Source: Octopus vulgaris (lineage: Eukaryota). From it: a stretch of DNA of 64,000 bases. The stretch spans positions 10,416,001 to 10,480,000 of the forward strand of contig OX597838.1 in the NCBI GenBank assembly GCA_951406725.2, written 5' to 3'. The translations under genes were made by a program, and so were the position numbers. Shown piece by piece: positions 25,556 to 38,940 of this stretch (position 1 is its first letter; each line of letters begins with the position of its first letter). The notes beneath the pieces were generated by a model that saw nothing but the letters and a program-made list of their open reading frames with translations, did not search any database and was not told the DNA's origin.

Positions 25556-28500
25556 CATACATACCTACTATTATAAAAATGAAAATTAAAATGCAAATTG
25601 GGTTATTCAAACATAAAATGACTTGTTTAATGCATTTTTCACCATTTTTAACGTAAGAGAGTGAAGTGAAAATTGTAATAAACACAAAGGAAGCCAACTA
25701 TGTATTTCATTCTCAGCTGTGGTACATTTTCAAAAACCTTCTTGGAAACAGCTGATTTGCAGCAGGTTGATTCCATATGCTTGTGAGCTTTATAGGCATT
25801 GTTCAGTTACAACTTCTGTCTTTTTTTGGTGGGTGGTGTTGCAGTTTAGCCTTTTCACTTAGAATTTGCTGAATAATTAAAACCCCAGATCAATGAGAAT
25901 ATTGGCATGAGATTCTGTTAGTTTTACTCTTCTAAGAATCTGTAAAGTTATTGTGCACATATCTCTCTACTTGAAACATATTAGTGCTTGTTCATGAATA
26001 TTGTAATTATTTATTGGATGATTTAATTTGAATATTGATTTGGAGAAGGGTCCAAAATTAGTTACACAGAGTTTCCAGGTTTTGAACATCTGAGCTAGGA
26101 ACATCCATAGTTATAAACTGATTCCGGTAATGCCAGTTATTGAACTGGTGGACTACTTTGAAATTCCTGGAAAAAATTGCTTGTTTTTGGGAGTTTGTTT
26201 GCTCAAGGAAGGACAGTGTTGACACTGCACTATTTTAAACTGGACCACATAAGGTGTTGTTTGGTTAAAAGGTTTTTCTTGTGCTTATTCTCTTAACCTG
26301 CCTCCAAAATGTGAATTTGATTGAATTTAAGTGGAAATAATAAAGCAATTAAGAGAGAGGTGAGGCGCCAACAAACATTGGTGAAATGTAAGGCTGTAAG
26401 CTGTCAGTGACCAGAACAGTTTAAAATGACAAAGTGTGAATGATAGTGCACGTAAAAGGTTTTAATCTCAGTAAAAGCTAAAATCGTTACTAATGCAGTG
26501 GTTTAATTACTGAAACAGAAAGGCTTGGTAATTTGATTAGAGCATCAGAATCGGTGTATAAGTCTTGAATTAGTGCAACAAAAGGCTTGGTGTCTTTGCA
26601 GTGATTTAAAAGCTGCATGTGTAGCAAGTAAAGATAATTGCAGGGAAGCACTGCTTTGTTAATTTTTAAAGAGAGAGATAAAATTTGCACCATTCATAGT
26701 GCAAGGTAAAGCATGTTGAAAGATAATTATTCAGGGTGTAGATTATTTGCGAGTGCAAATACATAATGTAGGTGAGACAGTTTGTTTTGGAGTAAAAATG
26801 CATAAAAAGAAAAAGAGGTAACGGTACTCCAGACCCTAATGTCTTTGACAATATTGTCTATTATTGATTAATGATGGTGCACCAGGGGATTAGAAGCGCA
26901 AGCCTTTTGCCTAAGTGTTGCATTCTAAATCTAAAGGCATTTTGCCGAACCATTAAACTGTATATTCTTTTTTTTGGAACACAAAAGCTTGAGTTACAAA
27001 TGTTCTCTTCAAAGATTCATTCCTGAACCATTTTTTTCTTCTTGTTACTATATATTATTGCTCACTCAAAATTCCCTTCCAGATTCTTGTTGTGCTTGAC
27101 AACTCACTCACAGCCCTCACTCCAGTTTTATGCTCTAACATCACCTGGCTACTTAAGCAAAGTATTGAGCTTTCAGTTCACATCTGCTGTAGGTGTAATG
27201 GCCTGAGGTTGATCATATGCATTATGAATAGAATTTGGTATATGAAAACCTTGGGAACCCTTTCTGTATGAATTAGTTATAAATATAACAGAAGCACTTA
27301 GTGGTGTTTGAGCCATTGATCTCATTGGAAGCTTGTAAACAACTGTTGGTCATAAAATGCATTATAAAAACAAAGCAGATGCTTCTAATAAAGTATCTGT
27401 TCATTCTTAATACACTCTGGCAGATTCAACAATATCTCATCTCTGTTGTTTGTTATTAGAGAACCTCTCTCTTTAGACAGTGTGAGTTCATAACATGTAA
27501 TTTGTCAGTATAAGGGAACTTTGATACCCCACAGTGTTTCAACCTCATTGTGTATCTCCTCAGTCAAAGCTACACCACCAGACTGATAAATATGAGTGCA
27601 TGAGCACTTGTTTATTTGGAATCAGCAAACAAGATCATTTGTTCATGTGTGCTGGTGTCTGCCAAGCAGGTAATTATTCTTGGGGTGCATGCAGAACAGC
27701 AAGAATCCAAGTGTGTTACGGAAACATATGAGGGAGTGCTGAAAAGCTCCTGGCTTTAGGGGTCTCGTGAAAGTTTTGGTTGGAGGCCCAACTTTCCAAG
27801 TTCTTTTAAAGGGCTTAGAAAAACTGAAGGACTGCTGCAATAAGTGTGTGAATCTGGGAGGGTAATATGTTGAATAAAATCATAATTAACCAATCCTCTT
27901 GTATTTTCTTTTACCCAAATCCAAGAACTTTTCATCACCCACGTATATTGTCTAAAAGGAAACGGTATTCTCTAATGGCATGGAACAACAGCAATCAGAG
28001 ATTCACATTTGTATCTGGTAAAACATTAAAAAATAATGAAGAGACATTATTGTTTGGAATCTCTCTGTTGTATGTGCACCTCTTGAATTATTAGATGCTT
28101 TTTACACATTTCCAATAAGTTGTGGGCATAGGTATATAATTTTGGGGAATCTAGTCCTAGTTTATTTAACTCTCATAACTACAGAATTTATGAAAATGTT
28201 GCAAGTGAAGGTTTCTGCCATGACTTTGCCGACATAATAAACCATACGTGAATCATTTTTACCCAATAAATTCTTTTTACTGTTTAAAGTACTTGTATTC
28301 TGTTGGTGTGGGCGAGCGCATTTATTTCTGTTGAAGCTTCTTCATGTGAATGGCTGCAAAATTGACTATTGTTAAATATTTGACATATTGATCACTTATT
28401 TATGTACGTTTGTGTCAATAGGATTTCTATGAGGTTGTTTCAGAAGTAATTTTTATCTCTGAGTGTATGAATGGCATGACCTACTCTTCTCATTGACAGG

Positions 28501-28882
28501 TGTTGTTATTTCCCATGGACATATGGTGGTGGTGGATTTAATTTTTTTTTTTTTTTTTTTTTTTCATTTTAATGCAAAAAAAAAAATACTGTCTATTAAA
28601 GGAAAAGACAAAAACAACTGATAGAAAGTAAGAAAGATTAGAATCAAGTTTTTCTTTAAAGAGACATTGATTGCAATTGAGAATACCTGCAAGTGTTTAG
28701 TCTATTGTTCCTTGTTGGTGCATACCAGTGTTGTTCTTAACTGATTACATACCATATGCATAGAAACCCACCTGAAACGTCACTTCTACCTTGGCCTTGG
28801 CCCCATATCAATCCATCAGAACATCGTCTTGAATTCCCTTCTTGCCTGTGGTTTCCTTCAGACATGAAGCTGAGTAATAACA

Positions 28883-30754
28883 CACATAGACCTTGACATA
28901 TGGGAGGGTCTACTGAAGTGATGGGTACAGCACATAGACCTTGACATATGGGAGGGTCTACTGAAGTGATGGGTACAGCACATAGACCTTGACATATGGG
29001 AGGGTCTACTGAAGTGATGGGTACAGCACATAGACCTTGACATATAGGAGGGTCTACTGAAGTGATGGGTACAGCACATAGACCTTGACATATAGGAGGG
29101 TCTACTGAAGTGATGGGTACAGCACATAGACCTTGACATATAGGAGGGTCTACTGAAGTGATGGGTACAGTACATAGACCTTAACATATGGGAGGGTCTA
29201 CTGAAGTGATGGGTACAGCACATAGACCTTGACATATAGGAGGGTCTACTGAAGTGATGGGTACAGCACATAGACCTTGACATATGGGAGGGTCTACTGA
29301 AGTGATGGGTACAGTACATAGACCTTAACATATGGGAGGGTCTACTGAAGTGATGGGTACAGCACATAGACCTTGACATATAGGAGGGTCTACTGAAGTG
29401 ATGGGTACAGTACATAGACCTTGACATATGGGAGGGTCTACTGAAGTGATGGGTACAGCACATAGACCTTGACATATAGGAGGGTCTACTGAAGTGATGG
29501 GTACAGCACATAGACCTTGACATATAGGAGGGTCTACTGAAGTGATGGGTACAGTACATAGACCTTAACATATGGGAGGGTCTACTGAAGTGATGGGTAC
29601 AGCACATAGACCTTGACATATGGGAGGGTCTACTGAAGTGATGGGTACAGTACATAGACCTTGACATATGGGAGGGTCTACTGAAGTGATGGGTACAGCA
29701 CATAGACCTTGACATATGGGAGGGTCTACTGAAGTGATGGGTACAGCACATAGACCTTGACATATGGGAGGGTCTACTGAAGTGATGGGTACAGCACATA
29801 GACCTTAACATATGGGAGGGTCTACTGAAGTGATGGGTACAGTACATAGACCTTGACATATGGGAGGGTCTACTGAAGTGATGGGTACAGCACATAGACC
29901 TTGACATATGGGAGGGTCTACTGAAGTGATGGGTACAGCACATAGACCTTGACATATGGGAGGGTCTACTGAAGTGATGGGTACAGTACATAGACCTTGA
30001 CATATGGGAGGGTCTACTGAAGTGATGGGTACAGCACATAGACCTTAACATATGGGAGGGTCTACTGAAGTGATGGGTACAGCACATAGACCTTGACATA
30101 TGGGAGGGTCTACTGAAGTGATGGGTACAGTACATAGACCTTGACATATGGGAGGGTCTACTGAAGTGATGGGTACAGCACATAGACCTTAACATATGGG
30201 AGGGTCTACTGAAGTGATGGGTACAGCACATAGACCTTGACATATGGGAGGGTCTACTGAAGTGATGGGTACAGCACATAGACCTTGACATATGGGAGGG
30301 TCTACTGAAGTGATGGGTACAGCACATAGACCTTGACATATGGGAGGGTCTACTGAAGTGATGGGTACAGCACATAGACCTTAACATATGGGAGGGTCTA
30401 CTGAAGTGATGGGTACAGCACATAGACCTTGACATATGGGAGGGTCTACTGAAGTGATGGGTACAGCACATAGACCTTAACATATGGGAGGGTCTACTGA
30501 AGTGATGGGTACAGTACATAGACTTTGACATATGGGAGGGTCTACTGAAGTGATGGGTACAGCACATAGACCTTAACATATGGGAGGGTCTACTGAAGTG
30601 ATGGGTACAGCACATAGACCTTGACATATGGGAGGGTCTACTGAAGTGATGGGTACAGCACATAGACCTTGACATATGGGAGGCTCTACTGAAGTGATGG
30701 GTACAGCACATAGACCTTGACATATGGGAGGGTCTACTGAAGTGATGGGTACAG
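28883..30754. repeat. Minisatellite: exactly 39 x 48 bp (CACATAGACCTTGACATATGGGAGGGTCTACTGAAGTGATGGGTACAG)
   Basis: 1872 bp = 39 x 48 with no indels; three recurrent single-base variants. Confidence 0.98.
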
Positions 30755-31985
30755 CCCCTCCTAATTAAACCATAAAAAGAAATGTACTAGTCATGGTAGA
30801 TTGGCAGTAAGTTGTTTGTAGTAGCAGTATAGCAAAGGAGATAGGGGTTGATCTGAGATTGATCTGTGCCTCACAAAATACAAGGTAGATTTGAGACAGG
30901 TGTAACATTGACTAATAAACTTTTTCAGGTAGATAACTGCTTGAAGCGCATATTGCTGATTGAAAGGAAACTGTAGTGGGGAAGAATCTGAGGGGAATGT
31001 AAGTTTGATGCATAATATAGATAACAGGTGGAGGAGGGGTGAGTTTTATTGATAAATATGGAATACAGTCAACAAGTTTAGTGGTGGTAGATAAAATTTT
31101 AGCAGCATTAGAAGACATCACATTTCATTACACTGAATCAAAATTTGGTACCATTCTGTGTGTGTGTGTGTGTGTATGTTTAGTGGGGGTTGAAGTTTTG
31201 ACACTACTTGACAAATTCTCCTCCTATTAATTACTTATAGGAACACTATATTTTGTAATGCAATCATAATATACGACAGAATATAGTAAATGCTTTATAA
31301 GTCAATACTGTGTCCTACTGTGTTAGCAGTGCTATTAAATCACATGTTTAAAATTACCTCTGGAAATTTTTCTATAGAAATTATAACCATGCACTGATTT
31401 ATTACAATGTTTTGTATTTGAATATGTCTAATGTAATTGATTGTAGATGGGAAAATAGGTAATGGGCATATATGCCATATTTCAAGAGTTCTTACTCTTT
31501 CATCAGCACCCGTCCAACCCATTGACCATTCATGAATTCAATGCTTAAACAGCCACTAAATATAGCAGTGTCACATTATTAGCTATACCAATTTTACATA
31601 TTAATCATATTCCTGGTCAACTGCTATATACATGTTGATTACACCATATTGTAGGGAGACCATATTTGGTTAAAACTCTTGGAGCCTGCATATACTACAC
31701 TCATTACCTATTTTCTCCATCTTCAATCACATTGGTGCTTACATTAGATGTGCTGGCTTTAGTTTCTATAACAAAATCTGTAGAGAGAACCTTAGTATGT
31801 GATGTTCTCTTCCCTATGCTCTATGCAAAAATGTCTTTAGATTTATTTACTAAAAGATTAAATTAAGCCCTTTTAGTTATAAACTGGGGCTAAGTATGCT
31901 TGAATTCTATTTTGGAGCTCAATTTCCTGTCAATCATAACTAAATAAATAATCTTGCTGACATTCCTTTGGCTGAAGTTTATATA

Positions 31986-32368
31986 TAGGCGCAGGAGTGG
32001 CTGTGTGGTAAGTAGCTTGCTAACCAGCCACATGGTTCTGGGTTCAGTCCCACTGCGTGGCATCTTGGGCAAGTGTCTTCTGCTATAGCCTCGGGCCGAC
32101 CAATGCCTTGTGAGTGAATTTGGTAGACGGAAACTGAAAGAAGCCTGTCGTATATATATATATATGTGTGTGTCTGTCCCCCTAGCATTGCTTGACAACC
32201 GATGCTGGTGTGTTTACATCGCCGTCACTTAGCGGTCCGGCAAAAGAGACCGATAGAATAAGTACTGGGCTTACAAAGAATAAGTCCCGGGGTCGATTTG
32301 CTCGATTAAAGGCGGTGCTCCAGCATGGCCGCAGTCAAATGACTGAAACAAGTAAAAGAGTAAAGAGA

Positions 32369-32370
<2 letters not shown>
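31986..32370 (+). mobile_element. tRNA-derived SINE with CORE-like motif and internal microsatellite
   Basis: Head ggcgcaggagtggctgtgtggt...gggttcagtcc, CORE-like cttgggcaagtgtctt, tail gaaacaagtaaaagagt. Confidence 0.85.
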
Positions 32371-32423
<53 letters not shown>

Positions 32424-34091
32424 ATTGTAATTGTTTCTTTTTATTTTGTCATTCAAATTCCTTGCTGAAAGGTCTTCAGCTTCTCACAAATACACAAATA
32501 AAACTTTAGTTTCAAGTGTTTTATTATTTGTCTATCTTTAAATCTGTTTTGGCAATTAGAAGTAAAAGATAAGCACAGTATCTGGAGTTTGTGGTGGGAG
32601 GACGGACGACACATATCCTCTGTTAAAATTATTGATGGATTTTGTTTTATTGTGATAGTAAAATCATTTGTTCCTGTTTTCTATAAACTGACAAAATATA
32701 TGGGGTGGTTGACCCTGGCTTTTGTAGAATTCAAGTTGGCTAGAAATCTTACAGGTTAGAATAAAAGTCTATTGCTATTAAACTCCACTAATGAGAACTA
32801 GATTCTATTTCATATTAACTTGATCCCAATAGAACCTGACGGTATTGTATCTTCAGTGAGATAAACTGTGGTAAGATTATGATCATATCATTTAATGCCT
32901 GTGTTCCATTTTGGCGTCAGTTTAACAGGATCCAATGGGCCCAAGGACTGCACTGCACTCTAGTGGTCTTTTGGCTTGGCTTCTACAGCCAAATGTCCTC
33001 CTTGATACCAACTATTTTACAGTTTGTACTGGGTGTTTTTCTTTTTTTTTTAGTGCCATCAGCACTAGTGAGGTTGCCGTGAGTGCCCAGTTGAGAGGGG
33101 GAATTTTATGCTAGGAGAATAAGGGACTTCCAACATTAATGAGGTCACTATGCACCTTGCAAGCTATCCAATACAATAAAAATGTCTAAGAGAGGGCACA
33201 TGACTTTTAGAGAAGAGTGGCTTTCTCTCGGCAGATATAGAGTCTTAACATTTGCAGAGAATCATCATCATCATTTAACGTCCACTTTCCATGCTAGCAT
33301 GGGTTGGACGGTTCAACTGGGGTCTGGGAAGCCAGAAGGCTGCACCAGGCCCAGTCTGATCTGGCCTGGTGCAATCTTATATTTTATTGAATTGACACGG
33401 TGTTACTTTATAAACTTCCGAAAACGAACAAAGCACAAAAATCAATTCATCTGATTAGAGGATTCAAGAACGTTGAGATGAAACCTTACTCCATATTCGA
33501 CAGGTGTATACTCAGAAATATACGCATGTCAAACACTCGGTGAGTTTTGATTTCAGTGTTCTTCAAACATCTAATCAAATTAGTTTATTTAGCTTTCATC
33601 CATTTGGGTTAGGCTAGGGTTTTATAACGGAAAAAAAAATCAGTAACATTGTGTTCAGCCAATAAACCATACTCTTTACTTACAACGAAATGAATGAAAA
33701 ATTAACCTTGTATCCAGGCAAAAGAAATTATTCTTTATTTTTTGTGTAGGCTTGGCTGTGTTTTCTTTACCAATCAAAAGCTCTTCATTCTGTATTCCAT
33801 TACTTGTACATTGTTGCATATGACTAAGAGACATTGTTCTCAAATGGCCCAGTTCTCCTCATTGTAAATATGTACTGTGGGCAGTGATAACAATGGGAGC
33901 TATCTATAATTGCACTAATGAGTTCAAATTCTGCTGTGAATGTCACTTTATGCTGGAGAGCTTCCCTTATAGCAATTTGTTCTAGATACATCACATGAAC
34001 GGGCTGCTTCTTATAACCTGATAATTATGGGACTTGTTACTTGCTGGTTGCCTTTGTGAGGCTTGATTGGTCTTTGTGATATAGTTTTATA

Positions 34092-34471
34092 GGAGGCGCA
34101 ATGGCCCAGTGGTTAGGGCAGCGGACTCGCGGTCGTAGGATCGCAGTTTCGATTCCCAGACTGGGCGTTGTGAGTGTTTATTGAGCGAAAACACCTAAAG
34201 CTCCACGAGGCTCCGGCAGGGATGGTGGTGATCCCTGCTGTACTCTTTCACCACAACTTTCTCTCACTCTTACTTCCTGTTTCTGTTGTACCTGTATTTC
34301 AAAGGGCCGGCCTTGTCACTCTCTGTGTCACGCTGAATATCCCCGAGAACTACGTTAAGGGTACACGTGTCTGTGGAGTGCTCAGCCACTTACACGTTAA
34401 TTTCACGAGCAGGCTGTTCCGTTGATCGGATCAACCGGAACCCTCGTCGTCGTAACCGACGGAGTGCTTCC
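34092..34471 (+). mobile_element. Young tRNA-derived SINE, fourth family
   Basis: A box tggcccagtgg, B box gtttcgattcc, CpG-rich body, perfect 11-bp TSD ATAGTTTTATA (34081-34091 and 34472-34482). Confidence 0.85.
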
Positions 34472-36152
34472 ATAGTTTTATAAATCTGAATATTCCATGT
34501 TCAAGTAAAGATTTTAAAAAAGAAATGTTTTTTTTTCTTTTCAACTGTTTCCTCTGGGGTTTAAAAAAAAAAAAATTTTGTTGTCAGTCTGATTGCTCAC
34601 ACCTTAGCAGCCCCACAGGAGATGAAAGTGTACATGCATGTAGAGATGGATTCTACTGAAGGTATCGGATGATCAGGTGGTGGCAGTGTTGCTGCAACAG
34701 GATGTGAGATAATGTCTGTTACAGTTTCCATTTGTCCAGTTTCCATTTGTCCAGTTTCACAAGGTTTGGCTGACCTGAAACAATGACAATAAAATCCTCG
34801 CAATACTTATCCAAGTTGCCATTCTATAGGATCAAACTCGGAACTACAACACTGTGTAGTAAGCTTCTTAGCTTAAAACAACCATGCCTACTACACCCGT
34901 TTGATCATTATTTCAATGTCCACTTTTCCACTTTGCATGGGTTGGGTGGAAATTTTTCAGGCAGCTTTTTTTTTACAGCTGGATGCCCTTCCTGTTGCTA
35001 ACCATCAAATGTTTGCAATTGAGATAATATTTCCCCATTGCTAGACATGTTTTCATGGAAGATTTGGGAAACAAAGGACACAGCTTTCATGAAAGTGACA
35101 CTCATTTATCACACACATACACACATCTTTTGGTTAACCCAGGGCTATAGTAGAAGACACTTAACCAAGGTGCCACACAATGGGACTGACCCCCCCCCCC
35201 ACACTACGTAGTTTGGAAGCAAACTTGTTACCACTCAGCCACTACTTGAAATCGCTTTTGTGTAAACTCTGTTTAGTCTATAATTGTTTTAAAATTTGAT
35301 TTTCGTTGTCCAGTTATTGGTCTTCTGTTATGTGTTAAGGTTGGCAGTTAGCAAGTTTTGGTGTTGCAAGGCGTGCTTAGATAGTTTGCTGTCCAGTTGT
35401 GGTGGTAGTGGTGGATGACAAAATGTTTTAAAGACATCTAGTTGACACTATGGAGATTGTTATATATGGTGTGCAACTATCTGATTAGTAAGGTGTCTGC
35501 TACCTAATTGTTTAAGTCGCCTGGTACATTTTAGTCTTTAGTTCAGACGTCTCATTGACCAGTCTGTAGACGCTGCCCTTGAAGTAGGTATAAGAGCTCT
35601 GTTTATATCTTACACAGTTCTGGCAGTCAGACGGGTAAGTCTGCTTTGTAAAAAAATTTACTTTTCACTAAATATATCAACCCAAACATTTAACGAGGAA
35701 AAAAACAAGAAAAAAAAAGTTCCATTCAGTGTAAATAATTTTTTTTTTGTATCTTTGCATTTTTTAAAAATCTTTTCATGCTATGTGACGTAATTAAATT
35801 TTGATAGGAATTTCTGTCGATTAGTGAAGTTTTTACAGAATAAACCTACTTTATTTCTATCTATATTCTGAATTCTGCATGCTTGCCGACAATTATTTCT
35901 AGACTTGCTTTTTTTTTTCCTTCCTGTTTGTTATTTTTTTTTTAATCCTTGGTCTTAGAGACATTTAATAATAATTCTATCACTTTATTATTTGAGTAGA
36001 TATCACTTTACCTACAATTACTATTTTATCTTCCCTTTCTTTGCTTGTATGAATTTTGCTGCTGTATGTATGTATATTATTCTCTCATGGGTCATGTTCT
36101 GGAGGATGTGTTTCTAAACGCTTTCTTACGTAAATGCTGCCTTCTAAAACCA

Positions 36153-36226
36153 TGAGTGAGTAATGTTTTAGATATCTAATAGTAATATTTAACTATTAGA
36201 TAATCTAGCATGCTTTGACTCACTCA
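36153..36226. other. 74-nt imperfect stem-loop of pre-miRNA size
   Basis: tgagtgagt pairs with actcactca; atgttttagatatctaatagt pairs with actattagataatctagcat; short loop. Function unknown. Confidence 0.4.
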
Positions 36227-38940
36227 CACACAAGCCACATGAATATTATATAGCAGACTCTAGATATCATCTGTCTTGTATTATTAATACCATCACTTCT
36301 GAAGAATTCTGCTTTTAGGTATTTAAAAAAAAAAAAAAAAAATGTAGGATGGTGTTTGATGTATGGATTAAATCAATACACCTCAATTCCTGTTATAAGA
36401 CATTTCTGTTTCAACTGCAACTGCTAAATTCAATTTAGAGAAATATGATCAGAATCGTTTACTGGGCACATTTGTCTCTCACAAAGCAGAAAAAGCAGTC
36501 AAAATTTGATGTCTTCTTTGCCGTGTATTATAGCTATTAGGTTACTCTGTGACTTGGAAATATTTATTTTTAAATTAGGATTGTGGGTAGGTCAGTGCCT
36601 ACTATTTTGTAGACAGTGTTCCACTAGTCACTCTTAATTTTAGCTTCAACATTTTTTTTTTTTTTCAGTAAAGTATTCTAACTTTATTGACTGTCTTTTT
36701 ATCAAAATGGTGTATTTATTTTATTATTTTATTTTTTTTGCTAATCTAAGCTATTTCAAAATCTAATCAGTATGTCAGTTGATAGACTGATTCTGCTGAC
36801 AATGGTTCCTTTACCCTAAGATTAATCCTTTAAAGGTATTTTGACTGTGGTTAGAAAAGAAATACAGTATGTACGTACACACACACACACACACACATAA
36901 ACACTCAGCTTCAAATAACTCTGCTTTAATTTACTGTGCATAGGAACAAAAGTAAAAATAGTTTTCAAATTTAGTTACATCCTTCCAGGCTTTTAAATGC
37001 AATTATTACACTATAAGATTTTTTTCTTCTCCATCTGAAGATACTCTGATTAGGTGGAGTCAACCATTTCAACTAACTCTTGTTTGTGCATGTAATAAGA
37101 AAGAAAAAAAAAAATTGCTTTAAATTATATATAAAAAAAAAAATTTGCTGTACTGACTAAAAGAATGATTAACGTAAAGGATTTCTTCTCTGATTGAATG
37201 AAAATTCTAAAACAATTTTCTTTGCTTTTGCTGCTGTCTGGTTTATTTAGATTTTATTTTCCTTCTATCATTTACACAGCTATCTAAATTCTAACCATTG
37301 GATGTGTGTATCTTGTTTCTAGTTTGCTTCAAATATCTTTATCAAGATATTATTTATATATTTGTAAAACTGTTAGCTATTGTTTAAAATAAAATTTCCC
37401 CTGTTGTGACATAGGTTGAACAGGTCTGCAATGAGGTATATTTTTTTTTTCATGCATCTTAATCTGTAAAAGCCCAACATCCAAATTGTTAAATTGACAG
37501 ATTTTGTAACATTAAATATCAGTTCAGTCTATTATTGGATGCTTAACTTTAAATTATTTTTTCACATCAGAAATGTTAAGTTTTCACTTGAGCTTTTCAT
37601 TATATGTAATTGGGCTTTGTGTTTCTAGAATAATTTTTATGTAATGTTCCTCATCTTTAAGCTAAGCTAAGCTAGGATATTGCTTCTTCAAAAATATTCT
37701 TCCATTTCTGCTTCTACATCTAACTTCTGCTATTCTGGAAAGACTGGATTTGATTTGATTTATCTTTGTTGTAGAAGTTAATTTACCCAATTTGAATTGT
37801 CTTAAAAAAATATTTTTTGTTTCTTTCAGCACTTTTTTTTTTTTTAGTATGGACAATGGGTTTTTAATACAATATTACTGTCTCTTGATATTTTCATGAG
37901 GCCCAATATTCTTAAGATCTGACTTGAATACTTTTCCTCAAGTCATTCTTTTGTTCTGCATTTGCTGGTGGTATTTTCCCAACATCAACCCCAGATATTG
38001 TTTCAGTCAGCTGGCATCGACACGTGTAGTCAGCTCTTCTGTATCTATGGGCTTGTGCTTTTGATACTCAAAAACTTACAGTAGTATCTTGTGTGCCAAG
38101 CCATTCTCATTAATTAACCATTCAATTAGTGGTAATAATTTCTCTTTAGTTGCTGCAGACACTCTCTGCATTCACTGTTTCATTACCACAGTTTTATACA
38201 TTAAGCATTACTTCATATGGTCCACCTGTTTGAATAGAGAGCATTTTTGTTCCCAACAAAGGCAGCACTTTTCTGGCCCCACTTTTCTTGAATCTTGCAA
38301 CCCTGATCAGTGGCCCTTCAGCAATAAAGCTTCTTTAAAATTAGAGATCTATTAATGCTGCCAACTTCATCTGATACATTTCAGTTTAGGTTTCATTTAA
38401 TAAACAGTGCACTAAATTCTTCATTAGCACCACTGTTGATCCATTCAACTTGTAGCACACTCACACACAGCTTGGTCAGCCGACAAGTTTCTCCATTGCT
38501 TGTTGTACCATTGAAAAGACTTTATCAGACCATATATCAATGTTGAAAATGCAAGATGATTGTTTTATCCAAGTCAAATTTGCCTCAGATATTTTCACAC
38601 ATGCAACCCAGCTCTCTCCTGGTAATATTATACTCTAATGCATCACCTCCTTGTCCACTGTAGTAGCTGATAGTAATATTGCTATGCTAGCTTTCTATTA
38701 GGACAGGTGCTCTGAATACTTTGCTCTTGTAAGCAAACAGTTAGAGAATCCATTCTCAGTTGTGTACTAGACTTGTTTTTATTACATTCCCCAATACTCT
38801 TGGTTCTTGTCTTATTCACTAAACACCAAAAAGTATACACATTTAATTGCCCCCTCCATGAACCATAATAGATAATAATGCCTTTAAACACCAAAAAGAA
38901 AACCCTTATTTTCTCTATTATTTGTATTTATGTTGTGTAG

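Noticed and set aside
28858-30723. 621-aa Cys/His-rich ORF on the minus strand
   Set aside because: It is the 48-bp repeat read in a stop-free frame. All recurrent variants are non-synonymous and there are no unique domains or gene signals.
28883-30754. CRISPR/TIGR-like array or tandem hammerheads
   Set aside because: No unique spacers and no associated genes in a eukaryotic context; the unit lacks CUGANGA and GAAA on both strands.
34722-34758. 15-bp tandem duplication cagtttccatttgtc
   Set aside because: About 2.5 copies; ordinary slippage product.
37860-38680. Possible decayed retroelement or coding relic on - (similar unexplained stretches at 19720-20200, 26100-28050 and 41780-42420)
   Set aside because: Only weak motif hints and many stops; cannot be assigned without a database search.
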